DNA from: Podarcis tiliguerta
Taxonomy: Eukaryota
Length of the DNA stretch: 64,000 nucleotides
Strand: one strand, 5' to 3'
Assembly: GCA_965153285.1 (NCBI GenBank)
Contig: OZ229126.1
Below, one piece after another: positions 11,209 to 24,489 of this stretch; within the stretch, counting starts at the first letter, position 1, and the number at the start of each line of letters is the position of its first letter. The translations under genes and the position numbers were made by a program. The notes below the pieces were generated by a model. It was not told where the DNA came from. It did no database searches and saw only the letters and a list, made by a program, of their open reading frames with translations.

Positions 11209-11687
11209 CAGTGGTACTTTGGTTCTCAAATGCCTTGGTACTCAAACAACTTGGAACCCAAACACTGCAAACCCAGAAGTAATTGTTCCAGTTTGTGAAC
11301 TTTTTTTGGAAGCTGGATGTGCTCCGTTTTGGGTGTTACACTTCTGTTTTCAGTGCCACAATTCAGTTTTGAGTGTGACGCTGAGGTCTGTCTGTTTTTG
11401 CTATTTATTTTGCGTTTTTGTGGCTTTTTGTGTGTGACTGTGTGGAACCCAGTTCCGCTACTGATTGATTGTGTGAAAGTTTATTGCTTTCATTTTATGG
11501 ATCAATGGTCTCGTTAGATAGTAAAATTCATGTTAAATTGCTGTTTCAGGGGTTGTTTTTAAAAGTTGGGAATGGATTAATTCGTTTTGCATCACTTTCT
11601 ATGGAAAAGCGCACCTTGGTTTTGGAACGCTCTGGTTTTGAAACGAACTTCCGGAACGGATTAAGTTTGAGAACCAAGGTACCACTA
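11209..11687. mobile_element. Non-autonomous Tc1/mariner (Tigger/pogo-like) transposon
   Basis: TA-flanked TIRs cagtggtactttggttctcaaa / tttgagaaccaaggtaccacta. Confidence 0.85.
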
Positions 11688-12240
11688 TATATTCAGTATG
11701 CATTTCCCCTTCCAATCTCTAGAAGAAACAGTTCTGTTGTTTTTATACATACCCTCTCAACATATACTCCCTCCATCCAACAAAGTATGGAGAGCAAGAA
11801 TGAGACCTCACCAGACCATAACAAGTCAAACCCGTACATCTCAAGTTCAGCTGAAGCAAAGGCAGCATTGTGTTCTCCCCCCAACCCAAGGCCAGAACAG
11901 TCCAAGCATATGCTGGTCACCCTTTGGAGACCAGAAAGGAATCCCCCCACCCATGCTCTCCATTTGGGATGAGGGTGATCATGTTTTCTGACTTCCCTGG
12001 GGTGAGTCTACTGGGGTGGTAACTCTCGTATTTAACAAAGTCTATTTTGCTTGTCACAATTAATGCAGGTGTGGTGGGTAGAAAGAGAAGAGGAGAAGGC
12101 ATATTCAAGATGAAGCAAGCATGAATTTAAACATGGGGGAGTTACAGGGGAACCACATAGCAGAAATCTGGGCAACCACTCAAATGGGAACTACTCTTGC
12201 GCAACAGCCACCTCTGAAGTTCAGGTGTGAACTAAGCACA

Positions 12241-12550
12241 AGGTAAGAGAGCATCCCCACCCCCATTGTCCAGCCCAGACACTGAGATCTAGCTTTGAGG
12301 ACCTTCTGGTGGTTCCCTCATTGCAAGAAGTGAGGGAACCAGGCAGAGGCAGTAGTGGCACCCACCCTGTGGAACACCTTCAATCAGATGCCAAGGAGAT
12401 AAATAACTATCTGATTTTTGGAAGACATCTGAAGGTAGCCCTGTACAGAGAAGTTTGATGTTTTAATTTGCTGGAAGCTGCCCAGAGTGGCTGGGGCAAC
12501 TAGTCAGATTGGGGGGGGGCATATTATTATTATTATAAATATTATTATTA
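12241..12550 (+). mobile_element. L2-like LINE 3' fragment (degenerate)
   Basis: Homologous to 34447-34843; (ATT)n tail. Confidence 0.75.
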
Positions 12551-13497
12551 CACCATACCTCCTATCTTACCCACCCAGCTTCCTTTTCTGGCATTTAGCC
12601 ACAGAGCTTGCCTGCAAATAAATAAAAGTCTAATTTCACCCAGTGCCTCTTTGCTTCTCCTGCAATTTTTTTTTCAAAGAAAAAAATCTGCAGGTGAGAA
12701 AGAAAACACGTTTGCTCTGTCCAGCCTTTGCCAACAGGGGTGCGCTCTGCTCCCTAACAGGTTTTGCCCTCTGTTTAGACTAGCCAGCAGAGAGCTAGAA
12801 ACTGTCCCAGCCAAAAGTAAAAGGGCTGAAAGTTCATTTCCTCAACAGCCTACTGTTTTCTGCTAAACCTAACCTAAGCAAAAAGATTAAACACCAAGAA
12901 CACAAGTTTAAATGCAAATTCTTAACATGGTAGGCTGGGCCCCAGGCTTGTTCACACGCCTCCAAGTTCCACCCAGAGCCTTTCCTGTGAGTTTTCGGCG
13001 ACTACATTGCGCAAGCATAACTGCAGCACTAATCCCTGGCAAGAGGCAAAACTGTAAAGTGAATGATGACTACTAAACAAATGAGCCTTTGACAGACAAT
13101 CAGCACTTAAGTTACTTGGACAGTTTCGATTTGTAAGGCCCCGTGAAAGTTAGCTCTTTTCCACCTAAGAGTTCCCACAGGTGATCTCTAGGCAATTGAG
13201 AACTTTTTCAGAAAACTATTTGAAGTTAATCGGAAAAGGCATTTTCGAGAGACGGGGATTTCACACCACCTGTTTTTTCTCTCTCTTGAAACTGCTCTTG
13301 TGCTCCTTCGTTCAGGTACTGCTCAAAGCATCAGGGTCTAAAGCAGCAATCCTAGGCACACCTCCCTGAAAGTAGGCTCCAGTGAATATAGTAGGACTTA
13401 CTTGCAAGTAATCATATATAGGATTGGTATTAAAAGTTTTTTTATGATTTACCATATTTTACAGAGTGAAAATGATGTCAAGATTATTATTTTTTGA

Positions 13498-13793
13498 GAG
13501 CTAGTGTGGTGTACTGGTTAAGAGCGGTAGACTCATAATCTGGTGAACCAGGTTCGCTTCCCCGCTCCTCCACATGCAGCTGCTGGGTGACCTTGGGCTA
13601 ATCACGCTTCTCTGAAGTCTCTCAGCCCCACTCACCTCACAGAGTTTTTGTTGTGGGGGAGGAAGAGAAAGGAGATTGTTAGCTGCTTTGAGACTCCTTA
13701 AGGGGAGTGAAAGGCAGGATATCAAGTCCAAACCTCCTCCTCCTCGTCCTCCTCCTCCTCCTCCTCCTCCTCCTCTTCTTCTTCTTCTTCTTC
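13498..13793 (+). mobile_element. tRNA-derived CORE-type squamate SINE (Squam3/MIR-like) with (CCT)n(CTT)n tail
   Basis: A box tggtgtactgg, B box ggttcgcttcc, CORE-like gctgggtgaccttgggc, microsatellite tail 13735-13793. Confidence 0.75.
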
Positions 13794-13976
13794 ATCACAG
13801 CACTAGCCTGGCCAGGATCCATTCCACCTGCCCTAGATGCCTCTAACCAAGTCACGTGCCCTGTGAATATGGTTTGGATTTGCTTTCAGCATCGAGTTTG
13901 ATGTCATTGCAAAGGAAACAGATAAAGCTATGGTTGTTTAAGTTAAGCACAATTCCATGGAATTGGGGTTCCATTA

Positions 13977-14201
13977 CAGTGGTACCTCGGGTTACAGACG
14001 CTTCAGGTTACAGACTCTGCTAACCCAGAAATAGTACCTTGGGTTAAGAACTTTGCTACAGGATGAGAACATAAATCGCGTGGCGGTGGTGTGGCGGCAG
14101 CGGGAGGCCCATTTACTAAAGTGGTGTCTCAGGTTAAGAACAGTTTCAGGTTAAGAACGGACCTCCAGAACGAATTAAGTTTTTAACCCGAGGTACCACT
14201 G
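13977..14201. mobile_element. Tc1/mariner MITE family A, copy 1
   Basis: TA|cagtggtacctcgggtta...taacccgaggtaccactg|TA. Confidence 0.9.
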
Positions 14202-16902
14202 TACTTGCTTTAAATCACATGAAAACCATCACTTCTTCTGTCCTTTCTCATTGTCATTTTATTCTTTGCTTTTTTCTCCATCTCCCTCATTTCTTAAACC
14301 TTGCCCTCTTTCCTATATGCCCCAAACCCAAGTTATCTGCATCCATGCATGCCCCTGATAGGTCTCCATTTCACCTTGCCCATATCCTTATTACCCCACG
14401 TTATAAGGCAGGGGTGGGGGACATTTTTCAGCCCTAGGGTTTCACCCCAAACTGAATTGTCCTCTGTGGGCCATTTTTTCCAGGGGGGCATTTTTGAATC
14501 TCCTGCCAATCACCTGGCATCATGACCACAAATAATTTAAAGTTCAAGCTGGGAGCAGACATAGGCTTATTTCCATCTTAGTGTTGTATACCCAGGGTTC
14601 TAAGATGGGAAATAAGCCTCTACTGCTGCCTTTTAAAAGCAAGGAGAGGCTTATCTCCAATCTTAACACTATAGGACCACAGTACTGAGATCAAAGGAGA
14701 GAGAAATGCTGCCTACAAAGACTTGACAACACCACAATCTTGAAGACTACAAATCTGAAAGCTGGAATTGTCAAGGATTCCAGCCTTTGCTCCAGTTTCA
14801 GTTCTTAAGCTCAAATTCTGCAATACCAGCCTGGTGCCTAATTAGCTGGAAAAGGCCTAGATTTGAGAATTGCCATTGAGGTGGCAATTCTATTTCTGGT
14901 ATAATGGACATTCATGCTTCTTGAAGGCACGTTCAAGGAGTCTGGTGGTTATCTTCCATTCATCTCAATAAACCATAGGAAACCCCAGCTTTCTCTTGAG
15001 ATGTCATCAGCAAAAAATATCTCAGCCTCAGGCTTACATTACTTTGCTTTCAAGTTGAAATAAAAAAACTCAGCCAAATTGTATCTGTGAACCTAAAAGG
15101 CAACACTTTTATTCTCAGCTGAGAATACTTGTTCAAAGTGTACCCATCTGTATTCCCCCTATACCTTTCCAATTCTTTCTTAGTCAATTGTACTCAAATA
15201 ATTTCCCAAAGCCTTGGTAGTTCCCTTTAATACCTTTAGAGAATGTTGTTCTTCAGAGGTTTCTATATAGGGTCTGCATTTTAGAAGGACTCCACTAACA
15301 TGAGTGTAATATAAAAGTATACAAAAGTTACCAATGTAATGTTCAAACAGTGACTCTCAAATTCTTAGTGCTAACATTAAATTGCCAGAAACTGTGGCAA
15401 TCCTTTATTACAATCAGCTTTAGGCAGTTCTGACTCGCACAGCTGCCACACATCAAAAGTAGTAGTGCCAGTGGAAATTTGTAATTCTTCCTTTTGTGGG
15501 AATCTAGCTTTCAAGAGGGGACTGAAACACTGGTACATTTAGGCTTGTTTCATACAATAAAGGCAGCACACTCCCTTACTTGTGAGAACTGATGCACATT
15601 TAGCTTTGGGAAATTTTAGCACACCAGGGACAACCCCTAATTTTGGGACAGTAAGAAGTTGTAAGCACAGCCACCGTCTTGTAACCTTCACAAATCAAGG
15701 AAGCACGGATAAAACACGGCTACATTTAGGAAAGTTATAGGAAGTGCCTCTCAGATAATTTCACATCTGACAATAGGGTTTTCAAAATAGTTTAGGGGTA
15801 TTCCTGTAGTAAGCAATGCACTGTGAAAATTGCAATGCTTGGAAATACTTCCCCAAGTGAATTTCCTGCACTTGAATGCCCTAAATGACTTGAGACCATG
15901 TTACCGGAAAGACCACCCTTCTTCATATAACGCAGTGTGATAAACTGAAATCTTCTCATCCCCTCTTGTTGTCTATTCAGGTATTCATATAGTAACAAAG
16001 TGCAAGAGGGCCTTTTCAGTGGAGGCTCCTGCCTCTGAAACTTCTTCCCTGGGAGATTCATAAGGTTCCTTCACTGTCTACATTTAGAGGGGAAGTTAGA
16101 AGTTTTCTTTTTAATCAGGCTTTAGAGCCTTCCTACATATATTGGCTGCTGTTGTCTGCTACTGTTTACATTGTCTGTTCTATTTTACTGGGTTTTAAAA
16201 ATTTGTTTGCTACACTGATCTCTTTGGGGAGGTAGAGTGAAATATAAGTGATTTAAAATTAAATTAAAGGGATATGGAATATATCAGTGCTCCTCAACTT
16301 GAAGATTGAAGGTCTTCCAGATCCCCAGAAAGACTGGCTATAATCCAACATAGAATTAAGTGCACTTAAGTCTGTGTTGGATTGTGACCACTAGTACGGT
16401 AAAGAACGTTTCAAGATTGCCTGTCTAAAATAGTTTGGTGTGCTGCCCCCCTGCATGCACTCACATATTTGAAAGATCCAGTTGTTGGTCCAATAAATGC
16501 ATCTTTGTAACAATGCAGTAGAATGTCTTCTGCTAACGGTCAGATCAATGCATGATGTTTGCCATTATGCCAGCAGCATATTGCATTTAAGGATATTTGA
16601 TAGCATCTGCATGAAATTTCAAAACTCCTACATAGAATAGCTTTTTTATCTTTTAGTAGTCATTGCTATAAATATACCTGCCTTTTGGTTTCTGCCTTAC
16701 TTCTAGGAGATTAATGAATTTTCGAAGAGTTGATTGATTACTGTGTTTCAGTGCTAGTACATTATAAGTATATGCACACATCAAATCAATAATGCATTTA
16801 TAAATATTTTAAGTATCATTATTTAATAAATCACACCAACCACTCTGTTATGACCAACTATGCTTTGGTGTATCAGTATTCCGCCCCCAGCCCCCCACCA
16901 GT

Positions 16903-17038
16903 CCATAAACCCATTAACAATACTTATCATTAAGATTATTACATTCTAGATTTATCATTCAGGAAAATCTACCATAAACCTATTAAATATACTTAAGAGT
17001 AAGATGATTACATTTAGATTATTGCTCAGGAAAATCTA
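16903..17038. repeat. Diverged tandem duplication, two units of ~68 bp
   Basis: ccataaacc...tcaggaaaatcta at 16903-16971 and 16972-17038. Confidence 0.8.
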
Positions 17039-17234
17039 ATGAAACAGAGCAAGACACCCAGGGACCATATTCTGAATTCAAAAGGAAGAACTCAAGTTCA
17101 GTTCATTTTCCTGTAAATTAGAAGAACAGGCCCTAATGCTAGAATGTAGCTGTTTAATACGGTTCTAGAAGAGGGCAACTTGCCCTGTATACCTCCATTC
17201 TCAGTGGACAAAAGCATCCTAGGATTCAATTTTA

Positions 17235-17587
17235 AAAATGTAGTATAAACACAGACAACTGGCAAACATTGGCCATGTGAGCACTCTAACTGGAGAACAG
17301 CCTTTACCAAAGGTATCATGGGCTTTGATGATGCTCAAATTCAGGATGAAAGGGAGAAACGTGCTAAGAGGAAGGCACGCTTGGCAAACCCTCACTGTGA
17401 TCAACTCCCACCCGGAAACCTATGTCCCCACTGTGGAAGGACATGTGGATCCAGAATTGGCTTCCACAGTCACTTACGGACCCACTGTTAAGACTGTGTT
17501 CATGGAAGGCAATCTTACTCAGCTACAAGTGACCAGCAAAGAAGAAGAAGAAGAAGAAGAAGAAGAAGAAGAAGAAGAAGAAGAAGA
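17235..17587 (+). mobile_element. RTE-clade LINE 3' end with C2H2 zinc-finger remnant and (GAA)n tail
   Basis: Translates to ...CPHCGRTCGSRIGFHSHLRTHC*; (GAA)n at ~17539-17587. Confidence 0.8.
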
Positions 17588-18180
17588 TTCATTTTTTAGG
17601 TCAGGACATGTAAATCATGGCAGAAGCAGTTGAAGGAGGTGCAGGAGTGACTTCTTCTGAAGTAGGGATGCAATAAGGCCTACTTTTCTGTTCTGCCTGG
17701 TATTTGTCACATTCTGCACTGTTTCCATTCCACTGCAGTTTGCCTTCCATCCAATACTATGTTATTCATCCTACTGTCCACTGTAGCAAAATTGCATTAC
17801 TTGTGCAATTATGCAAGTTATGTTGTCATTCCATGAGTCCGCTCCATTCATTTCAAGCAAAGGAAATGCAATGCAAATGGGAGGAAATGTAATCAATTGC
17901 ATATTGTTTGCAGAATCAATGCAACAACAATGGTGAACACCTATTGTATTCACTGGGGTGATTCCAATTCCATGCACTGGTTGTATAAGAGAACATTGGC
18001 AATTTCCACTCACATTTCCTTAAGAATTCTTCAACATTTCTGTTCTGAGGAACTGGTTTTACCCCTGTTGGCATGGTTTTGCAAGATCTACTAGATATTT
18101 AGAGGTGAGAAGTTGCAGCCTACAGTGTAACCTCATGATCTGTCAGTAATTGGTGTTAAAACCTCTGGTTTTCATTTTTT

Positions 18181-18544
18181 AAAAAAGGTAAAAGACCCCT
18201 GACAGTTAAGTCCAGTTGCGAATGACTCTGGGGTTGAGGTGCTCATCTTTCTTTACTGGCCAAGGGAGCTAGCGTTTGTCCACAGACACCTTTTCCGGGT
18301 CATGTGGCCAGCATGACTAAGCCACTTCTGGCGAAACCAGAGCAGCACACGGAAACGCCATTTACCTTCCCGCCAGGGGGGTACCTATTTATCTACTTGC
18401 ACTGACGTGCTTTCGAAATGCTAGGTTGGCAGGAGCTGGGACTGAGCAATGGGAGCTCACCCCTTCATGGGGATTCGAACCACTGACCTTCTGATCGGCA
18501 AGCCCAAGGCTCAGAGGTTTACACCACAGCGCCACCTGTGTCCC
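18181..18544 (-). mobile_element. Sauria SINE, full length
   Basis: Homologous to 9250-9599; flanking direct repeat ctggttttcattt. Confidence 0.9.
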
Positions 18545-21059
18545 TCCTGGTTTTCATTTATTGTCATGCAAATATTTCTGCTTCTTTAAACTATTTCATA
18601 AAATTTATACACTATAACATTTATATTTTTTATAATTTAAAATATATAAAATTATTATAAAATTTAAATATAATATGTTCTCGCCTCTCAAAAACTAGTA
18701 CTCTATGCATGGGCTGTATTAACTTTGACACACACAAAAAGGCTACACACAAGTTTTAATGAAGTCAGATGAGTGTTTTCCTAAAAAGAAAATAAAAAAT
18801 CAAGGTTTCTGAATTTTGGTTAAACCCATGAGGATCCTGTATCATTGCCCAGATTAATTTTGGCAATGCAAATGATCAAAATCTTCATAGTTTTGTTGTT
18901 GTTGTTTTTTAAGAAAAAACTCAGCAAAGTAGTTCCTCACTTTGTATTTATGACATCTTGACCTGTTCTGTTTAGAGCTATAAGCAGAATGCAGGGACTG
19001 GCAGCACGTTGCCACCCAAAGTGCAAAACCTTAAGACTGTCTAGTGGACATTTTAATAATTCTTGAGCACTTTGGTCAATGTGCTTTTCCCCACCCTCTA
19101 TCATCTCTGTTTAGACACAATGAAGAAGGGGGGGGAAAATCCAAATTACGAGCATTCCAGTATGCAGTGCTGATGATTAACTGATAAAGAAGAGCCTGGC
19201 ACTGTCATCAGAATCAGCAGACTACTGAGCTGGAAAAACCAGGGCTCTGGATAAATAGGACGGCCTTCTGATTTATAGAAGGCTGCTTGTCTCTTTCTTC
19301 TTGAATCATTGCATTCCAAGAGATACGGAGACCTTGTGAAGTGGGGCACAGGAAGGTCAGAGAGAAAGGTGGAAAGGGGGGGGGGGAGGATTTCATTTTT
19401 AAAATAAAAATTGCGATATGATTTTTGAATACTGCCTCCTCCAGTCAATTATTCTGTTGAAGATGAATTTGCCCGCCTTGTTTATTAATTCTCAGTTGAT
19501 GATGGGAAAATGTGTGTCCGAGAGCAAAATCCCAATCGAGAACAAGGCAAAGCCTATTTACTTATCCATCTATCTTGTGATAAACGCAGCATTACACAAT
19601 TTAACAGACCAGTACATATACAGTTGCATCAAGTGCCATTGATGCCATCAACTACAAAAATAGAAAAGTTAATGCTAAAGTTGATTCTCTGGCCAGATAA
19701 AAAAGGTAAAAGCTTGCCATTCTTGTCAGGTTTTTAAAGGCTGATGGGTAAAAGTCATTTTGAAGTCAGTATGCTGCTATTTATATCTTTTATGTATTTT
19801 ATGATAATTATTTTGAATGTTCTTGTTTATTGTGCATGTTTTATATTGTCTTCTTCTGTTGTAAAATGCTCCGTGAATACCCAGGGTAGTCTGTGATGAA
19901 ACATCATCATTTTCAGCTTACTGATAAAAACCAGTAAATTACCAAATGAGTTTCCCTAAATCTGAAGATCCAGTTCTAATTCTGACTGAAAATTTTGCAT
20001 GCCTGTGATATGATTTAAGAGAGTGCTTGAAGTTTTTAAAAATTGGTTTCATATGCTTAAATTCTCCTTAAACCTACGTGATAAATGGATAATGTGCCCT
20101 CTCTTAAAAATCGGTGTTCAGTAAAAGCTCCCACATTACCCACTTATAATGCATTCTTTACCCATGTCTGTAATATCAGCTACTGCGAATGTAATCATCA
20201 CAATCCTTTTAACCATGGTTAAGGGATTGGGAATAGCTTGCAGGCTCAGCTTCTTCCTCCCTGTAGTCCAGCTCAATTCTGGGAATGCACCATTGTTAAG
20301 CTTTATTAATATTGTCTCAACTGATGGCCAGCGCTAAGCCAGGCTTTGAAATTTCAAATTGTTAACAGTGTGTCCTGATTTGGGTTAACCATGGTTAAAC
20401 CAGTGCTGATTCAAGCCTAGAGAAGGAAGCCAGGTGTAATCTGTGCCAGGGACAGGAAATGATCTGTTCAGTTTCACAGCTGATCCTTTAACCATGCTCA
20501 AGGGATTGGAAACATCACTACTACTACTACTACTACTACTACTAACTATTAACCAATTATGATTATTTTAGTTGTGCTTTTTGCACTCAAGTGCCTCAGG
20601 CGATTTACACAGCAAAAATAAAACAACAAATACTTTAAAACCAGAGCAACAAGCAACAACTAAGATGCTAATTCAGCAATTTTTTTTACATAATAAGTTC
20701 TACCCACCCCACTTAAAGTATGAGCCCAACAAAGGCCATTAACTTATCTGACTACCCTCCCAAGTAAAACAACCACATAAGCCTGGGTAACTAAGAATGT
20801 TTTTGCCTGGCACCTAAAAACAGACAGTGATGTTGGCAGGCATGCTTACATGGGGAAAACATTCCACAAACAGGGAGCGAGGCCCGTTCTCATGTAAAAC
20901 ATTGATATTCAGGCTGCTGTTGTGTTTCTGTTGCCTTGCCTTGTATAATCTGTTTGGTATTTCCTCTCTGGGTTTTGTGTTGTTTTGTTGTTACTGTGAA
21001 TAGTTTGCACAACACTTCTGAGTGCATGAAATGCTTTAAAACACTTGTAGCAAAGATAT

Positions 21060-21212
21060 CTGCACACATCTGAAGAAGTGTGCATGTACACGAAAGCTCA
21101 TACCAATAACTAACTTAGTTGGTCTCTAAGGTGCTACTGGAAGGATTTTTATATATATATATAATTTTGTTTCAACTACGGCAGACCAACATAGCTACCT
21201 ACCTGTAACTAA
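21060..21212 (+). mobile_element. Penelope-like element terminal-repeat fragment carrying a minimal hammerhead motif
   Basis: ctgaagaagtgtgcatgtacacgaaagctcatacc...ttagttggtctctaaggtgctac resembles reptile Penelope-like termini; 11-bp TSD agcaaagatat at 21049-21059 and 21213-21223. Confidence 0.75.
21068..21104 (+). ncRNA. Minimal type I hammerhead ribozyme motif, probably degenerate in this copy
   Basis: CUGAAGA (21070-76), stem II gtgtgc/gtacac, GAAA (21092-95), palindromic AGCU, then C; stem I only partly paired. Confidence 0.55.
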
Positions 21213-23776
21213 AGCAAAGATATTGTTACTCTGGCAATAACAGGGCTGAGCAAGCGTTACTTTTCCCAGCCTCCCCAATGAGCTGAGTCCTGTCTTCTAA
21301 TAACTCAGTGACCATACCTATATGCTTGGATACCTATATCCTCTCCTTGTCAAATACACTACAAGAATATATATCCAAGTTTCCAGAAAGAGTTTTGTGT
21401 TTGCAAGGACCGAAAGGCAGAGGGGAAATGGAAATGGGTGATATATGACCTGCACATACAGATCTGTATAAATTTTAGATGGTGGTGGATTTGAGAAATC
21501 ACGTATTACCCCCTTCAGAATGCCTAAAAAGTTCAAAAGTCCATGGCAGAAGACTCCAAAATTAGGGACTGAATCTTCTCCAGAATCTTCAAAGGCATTC
21601 AGTTCCATCATCTAAGAAAGATTAATCAAATAGATGTAGACTTTGCCAAGTTGTTGTTAAGAGACGCTGTTCCAGAAAAAGAAAAACCCATACACACACA
21701 AAAACCTAGAGTGATTTATCAAATAGCGGGGGTGGGGGGAAAACACATCACCCTTTGCCAAACATTTGCATCTTCAAAACACCTTGTTCAATTATGTGTG
21801 CACCTTCCAGAAAAAAGGGGGTGGGGAGGAGGACCACACGCAGGAGAAATATATCATGCGTAATATAATTCAGGTTCAACGAAGGGAAGAAAATGTTCTC
21901 ATGTTTGGCTTGCTGTAGTGAACTTTCTACAACTTAAAGGGCAGTATCTGCATAACATTTTGCCTCCCTCTGCACTGAAGTATAGAATCAGAATCTGATC
22001 CACCACAGGCACGCATTCAATTTCCTCGTGAATTACTGCAAGAAGCCACGGCATGGGAAACAGAAACACACACCACACAATAAGTTATCAAGTGCTGTCC
22101 GTCATTCACAACAACAGGTGGCATCCGTGTTGTGCAACGACACACACTGTCACGGGTTGCAACGACTGACCTGCTTGCAGCCGAGGAGGGATGTTCTCTG
22201 GAAGAGCTGCCATCTGCGTGTGTGTCAAATAAATCTAGACATACCATGTCCAATCTAAAATGAATGGAAGCCCTGTTTGTACCAAGTACTTGGGCAGAAA
22301 TATGCTAGGAACAGTTCGCCCATGTGAGAAAGTATGAATCACATAAGGATGCCAAGGTCAGAGAGACCTCGGGGGATCAGATGAGCCAAAGCAGGCCATG
22401 CATGAGAACGCTGCTTCGAGAAACATTAACTTACATAGAAAGTGAGACATAAGTCACTGGGGCTGTATTTGTATATATACTCTGATGCACCGATAGTTTG
22501 CTCCAGCAATAAAGCATGCAGCTTCTAAACGCCCAAACTGCAGTTGCAGGTTGAAAAAAGATGTGATACAGGGGTTGAGAACCTGTGCTTTCTCCAGTTT
22601 TTGGGTCTCCAACTGCAGCTCCAGCCAGCATGCCCAATGGTCAGGGATGGTGGGAATTGTGGTCCAGCAATACCTGGACGCCACAGGTTCCCTGTCCCTA
22701 ATGTAAGAGGAGGAACATCACTGTGAGCCCACCTCTACAACGGACAGCTGTTTTGTGGCCAAGTTACACAAAACAACGTACCAACTGAATATCCCTTTGG
22801 ATCACAGCTGCTGCTTGAAAGGTTTTGCTGAAGTATTTTCCCTGAGGGAATGTGGCCCCATATGGGGGTGGGGGGAGATTGCCCATCCCTGACCTAAAGG
22901 AACAGCTTGGGGAGAGGAGGAAGATGTGAATATTCACACGAAGTATTTTCTGAACCATTTCAGGTTGCGACATTTGAATTGAAAACTGAAACTAAGGCTA
23001 TTTGACACACCTCAAGTGTTTTTTAAAGGGAAGAAGCTGTGGTTTGCCTTCCTAATTAAAATATATTGATTTATTTTCCAGTGCTCCTTTCTTTTATGGT
23101 ATCAAATTGTGGCTTAAAACAAAAGTGGCCTTGGTAGTAGTGAAACTCCTGTACACTGTATTAATAGAGAGAGAGGGGGAGAGAGAGAGAGGGGGGGGGA
23201 AGGGAGGGAGAGAGAGAGAATGTTTAAAGTTTGGGGGCAGCTAGGAAATAAAGCTATTCCATTGAGCAGCACGTTAATTATTCTGAAAATTAAGCTGTCA
23301 GCCCCACTTGTTTTAGCATTATGAACACCATAAAAATATTTTTTGTAAACGGAGGATAATAACTAGGATATGAAGACTAAAAGGAGGACTTCACTTAAAA
23401 CTATCGCCCTGAAGCGCAGAATACATTTCTGGTGCTCTTTTTCTTAATTAAAAGATTTCAATCTAAGTAAAGGCGCAACCTCCAATTTAGGTCCCTTGTT
23501 TTTTTAGACCTGCTAGAGGCAAGAGTTCTGAGGGAAAAGCGAGCCGAGCCCTCGAGGGAGGGAGTGTCTCCGGTCGCACACACAAAGAGCTCAGTCTTGC
23601 TGACACAAGAGCGGCAGGCCAGGCAAGTTGGCTGAGCGTGTTCGCAATACCTTGCCTCAGCCAAAGGGCTTGCACAGCCTACTGAGTGTCAAGACACAGA
23701 GCAAAACGCCGAACTGACTCTTGCCTGGTTAAAACTTCTTCTTCGACTGATCCACAACTCTAGTCTAGATCATATA

Positions 23777-24018
23777 CAGTGGTACCTCGGCTTACATACG
23801 CTTCAGGTTACATACGCTTCAGGTTACAGACTCCGCTAACCCAGAAATAGTGCTTCAGGTTAAGAACTTTGCTTCAGGATGAGAACAGAAATTGTGCTAC
23901 GGCGGTGCGGCAGAAGCAGGAGGCCCCATTAGCTAAAGTGGTGCTTCAGGTTAAGAACAGTTTCAGGTTAAGGCCGGACCTCCGGAACAAATTAAGTCCT
24001 TAACCAGAGGTACCACTG
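23777..24018. mobile_element. Tc1/mariner MITE family A, copy 2
   Basis: TA-flanked cagtggtacctc...gaggtaccactg; internal duplication of ttacatacgcttcagg. Confidence 0.9.
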
Positions 24019-24489
24019 TATTGTGTTCCCAGGGGCCTGCCTCTTTTCTATCCCAGAAACTCCAAAACTTTTCAGATTTGGGATTGGGCTTCAACCAGAA
24101 CCAACAACATGGAACCCACTTGGATTTTTATTAAAAAATAGTGCATGCCTATCTCCTTCCACCTCCTATTCTTGTCAATTTCCTTTAAAATAGGGTGGGG
24201 GGGGAGATGGTGATGACCTCCTTGATGCGACCCACTTTAAATCCACGAGCTTTGCTTCCCAGATCATTAGGCTGGCTCTGCATCTGCTGAGACATTAAAT
24301 ATAGAACCCAAATAAGAGGGTAAATGAGGGCGGAACTTGATTTCTAGTAACGTGGTTAGGAACCTAATTGTAAGCTGACTTCTTTTCCTCTGGAGTCTGG
24401 GTGTTAGTGTACCTACATGAAGCAAGATTGGTTTTCAAGAGCAAGAGACAGTGGACAGCTTTGGAAGCAAAGGTTTTACAGCAGTCATG

